A stretch of 64,000 nucleotides of DNA, taken from the IMG/VR virus record IMGVR_UViG_3300010369_000001, one strand, 5' to 3'. The notes beneath the pieces were generated by a model, which was given only the letters and a program-made list of their open reading frames with translations, was not told where the DNA came from and made no database searches. This document shows, one piece after another, positions 44,260 through 52,528 of this stretch. The DNA comes from a virus (Duplodnaviria > Heunggongvirae > Uroviricota > Caudoviricetes). A program made the position numbers and the translations under genes. How positions within the stretch are numbered: the stretch's first letter is position 1; each line of letters begins with the position of its first letter.

Positions 44260-44676
44260 TCATCCACTAACCAGCGATACTTGTCGCTTAAGATACGCTA
44301 GCTTACTGAGTATTCGACATCCTACACTAATTTGCGCTCTTACTAAAGCTGGCTCGTAGGGAACGTGAATTAATGCATCCGCCCCGCAATCTAATAGATC
44401 AATTTCTAAGGATTGTTCCCGACCAGGGCATAGGATAATGCAATAAATATAATTCTGGTTTTTGCGTAAAGTTTTAAGTAATTCTTTACCGCCCATTTCC
44501 GGCATATTTAAGTCCGTAACCACCAAACAACAATCAGGATTCTTTTCTAAAACATCCAAAGCTTCCTTGCCGTTAGCTGCCGTCAAGACTTTAAAGCCAC
44601 AAGAATTTAGTAGCGTAAATAATGTACTTAGTTTCAACTTGCCATCAATGACAAGTAAAATTTCGATTGGATTCAT
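44260..44676 (-). CDS. Stand-alone response-regulator receiver domain (degenerate)
   Basis: AANGKEALDVL, VVTDLNMPEMGG, GADALIHVPY. Confidence 0.88.
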   Translation of the reverse strand: MNPIEILLVIDGKLKLSTLFTLLNSCGFKVLTAANGKEALDVLEKNPDCCLVVTDLNMPEMGGKELLKTLRKNQNYIYCIILCPGREQSLEIDLLDCGADALIHVPYEPALVRAQISVGCRILSKLAYLKRQVSLVSG

Positions 44677-45227
44677 TAGTGATTCTGTACGTAAACGATG
44701 CCGCGCATATAAATTTCAAGGTGAATAGCGTCTTTCTCTGTTAGTCCTTCTGGCATGTCGTCTGATCGGAAAATAAGATACATTCCGCCTGTTTCAATAC
44801 GACCGCAGCTAAAAGCTATCCCAGCTGCCTGCGGCGGCATACTATAAACTTTGCACCCATTAATAAACGGGAAGTCATTAAATACATCATCATATTTCGC
44901 GCGACGCAGCAGCCCAATATGGTTAGGAACTAGCTTTTCTATGACTGGGAACGGATTCAGCGCTTCTTTTGAATCCAGAAGCCACATCAATGTATTTTCT
45001 TTAAGTCTGTCATCCGGGGCTACTGTCAGAACAGTGAACTGCTGAGCCAGTCCACTGACAGGTTCGTTTCTATTATGATGTCCTTCAAGAACACCAAAAG
45101 CTTGCTTGTTATCAAGAAATGCTCGATAATAACAAAGCTTTTGTTCAGTCTCCGGGTCGATAACGATTTCGTAAGGATACGCCTTGACACTCCATTTTGC
45201 AACGAGCGTTTTTGTGAAAGAATACAT
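44676..45227 (-). CDS. Hypothetical protein
   Basis: 183 aa, TAATG-coupled. Confidence 0.7.
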   Translation of the reverse strand: MYSFTKTLVAKWSVKAYPYEIVIDPETEQKLCYYRAFLDNKQAFGVLEGHHNRNEPVSGLAQQFTVLTVAPDDRLKENTLMWLLDSKEALNPFPVIEKLVPNHIGLLRRAKYDDVFNDFPFINGCKVYSMPPQAAGIAFSCGRIETGGMYLIFRSDDMPEGLTEKDAIHLEIYMRGIVYVQNH

Positions 45228-45241
45228 AGCTTGTTCTTTTG

Positions 45242-45691
45242 TTAATTGTTTATATAAATGTTATAGATAATTATTGGCCTGTCAACGCGCCTAGGACGAG
45301 GAATAAACTGAGGTTCTTGTAGCCAGCTAGGTTCTTCCACGACCATAATGTTAGGCCCAAATGGAGTTTGATGAAAAACTATTCTGCTGTTCCGAACGTT
45401 AGCTAACCGCTGTAGCTGAGTTTCTAGTGCCTCTGGTCTAATTGTACTGGGATCAATCCAATCAAACGAATTAATATATTGACTAGTCAACCTACCATCT
45501 TGCTGTGCTTGCAGCAAGTTAGCTACTGCGGCGCGTTGAGCGTCTGTGCGTAAATGAATCGTAGCGCGTGCCTCTGTAACAATTTGCCCAAAAGCTGATT
45601 GCAGAAAATTCAGGCATAGGAACACAACTATAATTAGTGCGCCCCAACCTATACGTTTCATTAAATTAGTCCCATCTATTAAATTATTCAT
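45242..45691 (-). CDS. Secreted/membrane-anchored hypothetical protein
   Basis: Signal-like hydrophobic segment; start moved to ATG 45691 (ATGA overlap). Confidence 0.65.
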   Translation of the reverse strand: MNNLIDGTNLMKRIGWGALIIVVFLCLNFLQSAFGQIVTEARATIHLRTDAQRAAVANLLQAQQDGRLTSQYINSFDWIDPSTIRPEALETQLQRLANVRNSRIVFHQTPFGPNIMVVEEPSWLQEPQFIPRPRRVDRPIIIYNIYINN

Positions 45692-45828
45692 ACAAATACT
45701 TTCCAAAGAAATTGCTGAACCCGTTTACATGCTGGTATAAAAACAAAACCAGCAGCAAACCCTCCAATTACTGCAAGAAATACGGGCAATAAATTACTTT
45801 GAGCAACTTCAACACATGCAAATAACAT
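45688..45828 (-). CDS. Small membrane peptide, 46 aa (not in ORF track)
   Basis: MLFACVEVAQSNLLPVFLAVIGGFAAGFVFIPACKRVQQFLWKVFV; SD AGGAGA; coupled to next gene. Confidence 0.6.
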   Translation of the reverse strand: MLFACVEVAQSNLLPVFLAVIGGFAAGFVFIPACKRVQQFLWKVFV

Positions 45829-45837
45829 TATTTTCTC

Positions 45838-46779
45838 CTAATCTACTGGAATATCTGTTTCTTTAAGCCACTGATCAAGACGCTCTTCCCATTCGGGCGG
45901 CTGAACTGTAAACTCCATAGAAGCTGGCGTAAAGGTCATTTCACTAAACTTAATATCTCCGTTCTCAAGCGCATATAAATCGCAGCGCACAAATTTAAAC
46001 TGAGCGCATAACGCTTCCGCCACCTCTATTAATCGCTGCCAATTAGCTGGTTTCTCGATAGGGTAGCTAGCTCGTTTAGCATGATTATAGGTTATTGGCA
46101 GCTCATTAAACTCCCTATCAAAATTGTATTCTCCAACAGATGTGTCCGGGATATTTACAATTGTGACCGTTTTTACTTTACCATTAAAACATTTAATAAA
46201 GTAGCTGAGTAACTTACCCTTATACTCCTCAGCAATAATGCAACGAGGAATTAAGGAATAATGAATCTCCTCTGTCTTTCTGGAGAAATCACTTTGCAGC
46301 ATGTGATTAAATACTCGCCTGACGTGATCTAACGTCATTACTTTATCCTCCCGATCTAGTGGATCTGGATTAAAAATCAAGTTCATTCCACTGCCATGAT
46401 TACATTTCAGAATAAATGGTCGAGGTAACTTATCAAAATCAATTTCATCAGCATTATTCCACCTGCCAAGCAACGGCATTAAAAAATCATGGCCGCGCTG
46501 CTGCTTACCAAAATATTTAGGATGCCCTTTTCTATTTATGTAATAAGAAAGTGTGTCAGCTACGTAATTACGGACAGCATATTTATCCGCTAGTTTGGCT
46601 TTTAGCTCAATTTGATCATATAGTTTTAGCCATTCCAATTTCTTACGAAACTTTGATACCTGCGTATGATACTTAATGTGCGCCTGGCAGTATTTTTCTG
46701 GATTAGCTTTAACATGTTCAAAGTATTCTTCAAACTGTTCAGGCGTTAAATTATGTAAGTCTACTTTTGTGAGATCCAT
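45838..46779 (-). CDS. TupA-like ATP-grasp protein (polysaccharide amino-acid ligase family)
   Basis: LADKYAVRNYV, FILKCNHGSG, CFNGK, FVRCDLY, FSEMTFTP. Confidence 0.88.
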   Translation of the reverse strand: MDLTKVDLHNLTPEQFEEYFEHVKANPEKYCQAHIKYHTQVSKFRKKLEWLKLYDQIELKAKLADKYAVRNYVADTLSYYINRKGHPKYFGKQQRGHDFLMPLLGRWNNADEIDFDKLPRPFILKCNHGSGMNLIFNPDPLDREDKVMTLDHVRRVFNHMLQSDFSRKTEEIHYSLIPRCIIAEEYKGKLLSYFIKCFNGKVKTVTIVNIPDTSVGEYNFDREFNELPITYNHAKRASYPIEKPANWQRLIEVAEALCAQFKFVRCDLYALENGDIKFSEMTFTPASMEFTVQPPEWEERLDQWLKETDIPVD

Positions 46780-47273
46780 TGTCGTCTTTTTAAGAAAAAT
46801 AACCCGGCTAATCCTGGAGCTAAAATCAATAATGTTGAAGGTGCCGGAATTATATGTCCGGAGGGTTGATCATCAGGTGGCGGCATTGACACCTCGGGCT
46901 CAGGAGTAGTACCAGGATCTCGAATACCTCGAAAAGACGGGATATTTGCCCTATATGGTGCAGTTACAGCTGCAGCTAATGAAGTATTTGGCGCCAAATC
47001 GAGTCGAGTCTCTGGTAACACATTATAGGTAATTGGATTCTCTAGTAATAGTGATATATTGCTACCACCAGGCGTCATCATACAGGTTGCTTGCGCTTCT
47101 TCTCCGCCAAAGGAATCTACGTCGCAGAACGAGAAAGCTGGCAAAATAAGACTTCCATCGTCAGTACTTAGCTCAAACATAATCGGCTGCACACTACTGC
47201 GTAATTCTGCATTAGCTACGCTGCAAAAAAGCAAAAAGCATACCAAAACCATTGAAAATCTAATTAGTTTCAT
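46761..47273 (-). CDS. Secreted protein with PEP-CTERM-like sorting tail
   Basis: Signal peptide; Pro-rich linker; IPAPSTLLILAPGLAGLFFLKRR. Confidence 0.8.
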   Translation of the reverse strand: MKLIRFSMVLVCFLLFCSVANAELRSSVQPIMFELSTDDGSLILPAFSFCDVDSFGGEEAQATCMMTPGGSNISLLLENPITYNVLPETRLDLAPNTSLAAAVTAPYRANIPSFRGIRDPGTTPEPEVSMPPPDDQPSGHIIPAPSTLLILAPGLAGLFFLKRRQWISQK

Positions 47274-47550
47274 TTCTGCTCCTCTTACCTTTCTTACCTA
47301 TTTTTTCACTACTATCGTAATTAATCGGTATTCGATTTAATACACAAAACTCTCTGGCATCCATGCAATGCGAAAGCGGATACACTTTTGGATGAAAATG
47401 TAGTTCCTGCTCAAGCGCCTCAATAATAGGTCGCTTGCCGCTGTCCACACAGATCCATGTGACATTATTGGTTCCATCTTTCCAAATTAAAACGCCTTGC
47501 TGCCTTGCCTTATCTACATCAAATACGTGCTTATCAGTTGCTGATGGCAT
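47260..47550 (-). CDS. Hypothetical protein
   Basis: 96 aa; TATAGT 5 nt before ATG. Confidence 0.65.
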   Translation of the reverse strand: MPSATDKHVFDVDKARQQGVLIWKDGTNNVTWICVDSGKRPIIEALEQELHFHPKVYPLSHCMDAREFCVLNRIPINYDSSEKIGKKGKRSRNETN

Positions 47551-47556
47551 TTTTTA

Positions 47557-48195
47557 CTATACTGTTTGTAAGGTTTTTGTTTTTGATTTCTTTTCTGCTT
47601 GTGATTTTTGTGCTGGCGGAACAGATGGCTTGACGAGCTTTTCTGCGCTTAATTCAACCTGACTTAGTGGTGCCATTTCAATCTTGGCATTTACTAGATT
47701 GAATCTCTCCGCTAGCTCGAGCAGTACCTTTAAGTCTTGTTTCGCATCTATGCCCGGTTCCCACGTCGATAAAACATTTATTCCACACTGTTTACACAAA
47801 TCCTGAGCAGTAATACTAAAATCATTAGCCGTTAAATATTTAACAATATCAAATACTCTAGTTGATGGCCCGCAATAATATACGGCCGGAATAAACTTGA
47901 CTTTTCTTTTAATACAATGAGCAGCTAACCTGCGGACAACATGCAAAGCTGAAAATGTCAAAATAATCGGCGGCTGTTCTTCTGCAAAACACATTGCATT
48001 TATAGCAGAGCAAAAATCCTCCGTATCTTCCTGTGTCGCAAGTATAAAATGCTTTACTGTCAAAAATTCGTCTTTTGGGGCTCCTAATCTTAGATGACAT
48101 ATCGATACGGCACGCACGTCATCAATGAGTAACGGCTGGTCAGCCTCTAGCTCATGTGAGTGCGAAGTCATCGAAAGGAATAATAAATGCGTCAT
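47557..48195 (-). CDS. Hypothetical protein
   Basis: 212 aa, SD AAGGAG. Confidence 0.7.
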   Translation of the reverse strand: MTHLLFLSMTSHSHELEADQPLLIDDVRAVSICHLRLGAPKDEFLTVKHFILATQEDTEDFCSAINAMCFAEEQPPIILTFSALHVVRRLAAHCIKRKVKFIPAVYYCGPSTRVFDIVKYLTANDFSITAQDLCKQCGINVLSTWEPGIDAKQDLKVLLELAERFNLVNAKIEMAPLSQVELSAEKLVKPSVPPAQKSQAEKKSKTKTLQTV

Positions 48196-48229
48196 AATTC
48201 TGGCTATTCTCCTTAATTTCTATTATATC

Positions 48230-48748
48230 CTAACTATATTCAAGAACGTTATCGCCGGTATACTCCTGCAAAAGATCATTAAAAAAGTTCATTTTACACA
48301 GCTCCAGTGGACGAATGCGTTTAATAATGTCGCAAACTGGAATCAATTTCAATGCCTCTATTGCGCCCTGCGGACAAACAAATTTACGATCAGCTAAATA
48401 TATAGCGCGTGGATGTCTCACATTAGTTAAATAATGTGCCGCACAGTCCCGGTAACTCTGTGTCTTTATCAGCGGCGCCTCATACAAATACAACTGGTGA
48501 AACCTAATATACCCTAATATTCGGAAATAAAAGCTAGGATCTGGCACGTCCGACAACAAAACATACATGCTCGTCGTCTGAAATCGCCAATTTTTATTAT
48601 CTGGCGACACACAATCCTCTATCCAAAGCCCTGTTTTCACATCAAGCGTAAAAACGCACAACACCGGAAACTCTAATAGACTTTTCGTGGCATCCTTATA
48701 AACATCTGCAGGTATGATAAATTTCAATTTTTTGAAATTAGGGGTCAT
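48230..48748 (-). CDS. Hypothetical protein (paralogue of 48738-49277)
   Basis: YVLLSDVPDPSFYFRILGYIR. Confidence 0.7.
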   Translation of the reverse strand: MTPNFKKLKFIIPADVYKDATKSLLEFPVLCVFTLDVKTGLWIEDCVSPDNKNWRFQTTSMYVLLSDVPDPSFYFRILGYIRFHQLYLYEAPLIKTQSYRDCAAHYLTNVRHPRAIYLADRKFVCPQGAIEALKLIPVCDIIKRIRPLELCKMNFFNDLLQEYTGDNVLEYS

Positions 48749-49277
48749 TGACTGTTTTAATTTTGAAAAGAGGTTTTTCGGGATGCGCTAAATATTCCGT
48801 TAAAGAATTTAGATATGGCGTTGAGTTTTGATAAATCTCGTTATAGGTTAGCTTACTTACAATGGCATCATAAATACCAGACTCACTGATAGGCCAAGAA
48901 TTTAGTTCCTCCGTGCGCCTAGCTACCTCCACAGGGTCACGACTAATCCAGCGCATTTGGTCTTTACGCGACTTAGCTAACTGCTGTAAATGTTCAGATG
49001 CGTCAATTAATTCCTTACCTTTGTGATAAAGTAATATTTTTTCTGGACGGATGTACCCCAATAAACGCGCATAATATTGATAGCTCGGAATATCCGAAAG
49101 GAGAACCCACACTCCCACGGCCTTTGTCCACGCCGTCCCAGCCCAAGGCTCATGGCGGAGCTTGGTCTTGGTTGAATTATTATACAACGTAACAAACCAA
49201 TTTCTTCGATTACAAAGCGGATACGGCGGTGTCGAAATTAGCTTTGGAATTAATACATTTAATCTCTGTTCTTTCAT
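48738..49277 (-). CDS. Hypothetical protein (paralogue of 48230-48748)
   Basis: WVLLSDIPSYQYYARLLGYIR. Confidence 0.7.
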   Translation of the reverse strand: MKEQRLNVLIPKLISTPPYPLCNRRNWFVTLYNNSTKTKLRHEPWAGTAWTKAVGVWVLLSDIPSYQYYARLLGYIRPEKILLYHKGKELIDASEHLQQLAKSRKDQMRWISRDPVEVARRTEELNSWPISESGIYDAIVSKLTYNEIYQNSTPYLNSLTEYLAHPEKPLFKIKTVNDP

Positions 49278-49290
49278 TTTATTGAGTACG

Positions 49291-49328
49291 AAAAAAAGAG
49301 ACGCCTAGTATTAGATACTAGACGCCTC
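49291..49328 (-). terminator. Intrinsic terminator
   Basis: GAGGCGTCTAGTAT/ATACTAGGCGTCTC plus U7. Confidence 0.85.
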
Positions 49329-49526
49329 ACGGTTTTCGGCTTTAAAAGCCGGCCCTTAATAGCTTCGGATCGTTTGATTGACCTTATCGGTCATTTTCTC
49401 TGTCAATTTCATTGTTACCTCGATGTTTTGTATACCGTGTCAGTTCGATTAACTATATCGACTTTATACACAGTAATTGTTTTATGAATAGTATTTGTCA
49501 TTTGTCTCCTTATGTGAACGCCCTAG

Positions 49527-49553
49527 AAAAAACGGGGCTACCAATGCCCCGTT
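49527..49553 (-). terminator. Intrinsic terminator
   Basis: AACGGGGC/GCCCCGTT plus U-tract. Confidence 0.8.
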
Positions 49554-49623
49554 CACAAATCATCACTCTTTTCACCCTCATCTCACAAGAATTATTTTAC
49601 CATAATTCTCGCGCGAGAGAAGA

Positions 49624-50244
49624 TCATTCTGGAAACAACGCATCAAGCGCAATTTGTGACCAGGTTTCTAATTCATATTTAATCTGCCTAAGAAGAGACA
49701 AAGAAATGAAGCCAGCTTGGTCGACTTCCGACTCATCAGCTGTTTCTACTTCCGGCATAGCTACTTTCATCACATGAACAACACCTAAATGAACTTTACC
49801 TACCGGCATAGAGTCGTCGTTAATCAAGCCAACACATTTTTCTTCCAAAACAGTTGTTTTGATTTTAACTTCCTCATTTAGCTCCCGTATCATCCCTTTC
49901 TGGTACAGCTCATTTAATGGAGCATTGTCATCGTCAACCATATCCACATGCCCGCCTATTCCAATACTTAGCTGCCCTGTTAATCTCGTTTCTCCCGTGC
50001 CCTTGCCACGACGATACTTAAAGATTAAAATATCCCCATTGGCAGCTTCACATATGATAATGACATAAGGAATTAACTGCTTGAACTCAGGCTCCTGCTC
50101 TGAAGGCTCTCTTCTGCGAAAGAAAGCTTGCTTATTTACAACGTCCAGATATTTATCTGGCTCACTGCAAAAGCCCTGAAAATAACCTCTACCTTCGTCC
50201 CATAAAGATTGCGTAGGCACGACTAAAATATAAGAATCACTCAT
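49624..50244 (-). CDS. NUDIX-family phosphoesterase (YmaB/COG4112-like)
   Basis: KQLIPYVII, SIGIGGHVD, RELNEEV, VGKVHLGVV. Confidence 0.85.
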   Translation of the reverse strand: MSDSYILVVPTQSLWDEGRGYFQGFCSEPDKYLDVVNKQAFFRRREPSEQEPEFKQLIPYVIIICEAANGDILIFKYRRGKGTGETRLTGQLSIGIGGHVDMVDDDNAPLNELYQKGMIRELNEEVKIKTTVLEEKCVGLINDDSMPVGKVHLGVVHVMKVAMPEVETADESEVDQAGFISLSLLRQIKYELETWSQIALDALFPE

Positions 50245-50902
50245 GCTTCCCCCGTTCTTTTAACTGCCTTACAGACTTAACCTTAAGTGATTTTACGCAG
50301 CCAATTATGTCCTTAGGCTTTACACTTGCAAAGAAATCAGCTAACGGCATACAAACAATATGCCGTTCGGTCTCATCATCTCCGTCCGGTTCAGGGCATA
50401 AAATATTAGCTAAAATCATATAAGGAAACTGCGTTGGCCTTACAAAGCCAGTAGCTAACATATAATCCAGAAGCGGTAGAAATACCACTGTCTTAGCTCG
50501 ATTCTTTTTAGCAATAATAAGCCAAGAATGCGCTCCAGAATCTTGTTGTGACCTAACTGCCTGCTTAATCCAATCTTCAAGAATGCTGGCTTTCGATCCA
50601 GGAAGTCGCTCAAGTACAGTTTGTGCATTACAGGTTGAATAGCCTCTCTTGATTTCAATAGAGCACCAGGAGATAAGTGGTTCGCCTAATGAATCAAGAA
50701 AGGATATGTCCCCGCCGGAGTTAGCTGTTGTTTTTCCTGCCGCCATACGGCTTGTGCTTCTGGCTCCGCTACTGGCGGATCTATAAAAGATGTCATCTCT
50801 AATTCCTTCTGTCCACCAAAGAGACAGCTCAGTAGCGATCTGTCGCTCAAAAGCATTTCCCTTATTTTTACTATTTACGCGCTTCTTCGTTGTTTTTGGC
50901 AT
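50237..50902 (-). CDS. PD-(D/E)xK Holliday-junction resolvase-like nuclease
   Basis: NSKNKGNAFERQIA, GDI, IEIKRGY, WKQA-like WIKQA. Confidence 0.8.
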   Translation of the reverse strand: MPKTTKKRVNSKNKGNAFERQIATELSLWWTEGIRDDIFYRSASSGARSTSRMAAGKTTANSGGDISFLDSLGEPLISWCSIEIKRGYSTCNAQTVLERLPGSKASILEDWIKQAVRSQQDSGAHSWLIIAKKNRAKTVVFLPLLDYMLATGFVRPTQFPYMILANILCPEPDGDDETERHIVCMPLADFFASVKPKDIIGCVKSLKVKSVRQLKERGKHE

Positions 50903-50905
50903 AGA

Positions 50906-51163
50906 CTATAAGATTGGTCGAAAATCAGCTGGGCAGTGTTTACAACTAAGATATTTACATTTAAAAGGCACCGCAAAGCGGAGCACAAAAATTAAATGTA
51001 TTATGCTGCCGGAGATTCTATAAAGACCGTTATTCCAGTAATGTATTTCTATTCCGTTACTTCGGTCATGATAACTAATTCCTTTTGATTTAAGATAATT
51101 TTGAATACGTCTATAGTTGGTGCTGTCCAATAGCCCTTGAAAGGATTCTATTGATTTCATCAT
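50906..51163 (-). CDS. Hypothetical protein
   Basis: 85 aa with C-terminal Cys cluster; ATGA-coupled. Confidence 0.5.
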   Translation of the reverse strand: MMKSIESFQGLLDSTNYRRIQNYLKSKGISYHDRSNGIEIHYWNNGLYRISGSIIHLIFVLRFAVPFKCKYLSCKHCPADFRPIL

Positions 51164-51597
51164 GCTATAGGCGCTGGCTCTTTGTTATTTAATTTGTTAA
51201 TCATTGATGTGTAGGCATCTATTACAGGTATTTTTCTATGTCGTTCTAATACCTCTAAATAAACTGTCATTGTTTTTTTTTCTTTATCAAATATTCGCTC
51301 TCGATATATTAACTGATACCATTGACATGCCAGAGCATTTAATATAACTTGATACGCTTGCAAATCTTCTGTATTACTTAAATCAAAAGTAAACGCAAAA
51401 GCAGTGGTTGAAATTGGAATATTAGGCACATCTTCAGGTGAAATTGCAGCTTCACCTCCCGGAGGTACTACATAAGGCACTGTATCAGAATATCTGCTAC
51501 CAAAAACAAATCTACCGCCCGGTGAATTATATATTACCCCGGGCGGCATATTTTGAGCAAATTGTGTAAGGTCTAATGGACGTTTTGATGATAACAT
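51160..51597 (-). CDS. Hypothetical protein
   Basis: 145 aa ORF. Confidence 0.7.
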   Translation of the reverse strand: MLSSKRPLDLTQFAQNMPPGVIYNSPGGRFVFGSRYSDTVPYVVPPGGEAAISPEDVPNIPISTTAFAFTFDLSNTEDLQAYQVILNALACQWYQLIYRERIFDKEKKTMTVYLEVLERHRKIPVIDAYTSMINKLNNKEPAPIA

Positions 51598-51602
51598 AAT
51601 TC

Positions 51603-52229
51603 TTAAGCATATTTAAATTTAAAGCCTTTAGTCTGACTGCGCATACCACTTGCAACTCTACTAACCATTCCCGAGGTAGAAGCAATATATTTTGCGGCGG
51701 CAGTTACGGTATCAAAAGATCGTAACTGATTACCTTCCAAGTCAAATTGGATCACTTTTCGCTCTTGACTTGGACGTTTAATTAAATACTGCTTAATACG
51801 ATCAATTGCATACTGCTCACCTTCTTTACGCAACCAACCTGATAATGTACCTTGACCAACATTTATCTCACGACTCCATTCTGTGACTGTTTTTGTAACA
51901 TTGTTAACTGTTAATCGTCTATTGTTACTGCGATTATTACAATTTACTTTTCGTGTTACAAATCTACAATTATCTGGAGTATAAGAGCCATTATTATCTA
52001 TTCGATCACACTGTAATCCAATTTCATGTTTTTCTTCCGCTTCATAAAGTGCCCAATTAATAAATGCTGCTCGGCTATTCCTCCATTCTTCACAAACTGT
52101 AACTCCTTTACCGCCATAACGAGGATAATTACTGTCAGCTGGATCATAACAACGACTGATCATTAAACGATATACATTTAATAAAGTCGCTAATTTATCA
52201 ATTAAGCTATCATCTAATTTATTTTTCAT
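51603..52229 (-). CDS. HNH-type homing endonuclease with NUMOD1 DNA-binding tail
   Basis: MISRCYDP...YGGKGVTVCEEW ... DRIDNNGSYTPDNCRF; QFDLEGNQLRSF. Confidence 0.85.
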   Translation of the reverse strand: MKNKLDDSLIDKLATLLNVYRLMISRCYDPADSNYPRYGGKGVTVCEEWRNSRAAFINWALYEAEEKHEIGLQCDRIDNNGSYTPDNCRFVTRKVNCNNRSNNRRLTVNNVTKTVTEWSREINVGQGTLSGWLRKEGEQYAIDRIKQYLIKRPSQERKVIQFDLEGNQLRSFDTVTAAAKYIASTSGMVSRVASGMRSQTKGFKFKYA

Positions 52230-52234
52230 AATTT

Positions 52235-52528
52235 TTATTCGTTGTATGTATATTCTTGAATGTCGGCCGGTTCAGGTATTTTTGCCCATCTCAGCAACTT
52301 ATAACCGTTTACTTTACTATTATCGCTACAAAGAGAGCAATAAAAGCCTACAAAACCTAACCTCATAATTTTTAATTCACTACCTATTTGAGACATCGTA
52401 CCAATAAATACTTGTCGACATATATAAGCTGGATTTTGCCCATATTTGTGCCGATCAATCACATCAAACCAACACGGCGTCTGCTCTGGCGGCTCTTCAT
52501 ACTCAGCATCAGTCCACTCTAATTTCAT
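52235..52528 (-). CDS. Hypothetical protein
   Basis: 97 aa ORF. Confidence 0.6.
   Translation of the reverse strand: MKLEWTDAEYEEPPEQTPCWFDVIDRHKYGQNPAYICRQVFIGTMSQIGSELKIMRLGFVGFYCSLCSDNSKVNGYKLLRWAKIPEPADIQEYTYNE

Noticed and set aside
47557-48195. Possible 3'-5' exonuclease-like fold
   Set aside because: Acidic DEDD catalytic motifs could not be identified; left as hypothetical.
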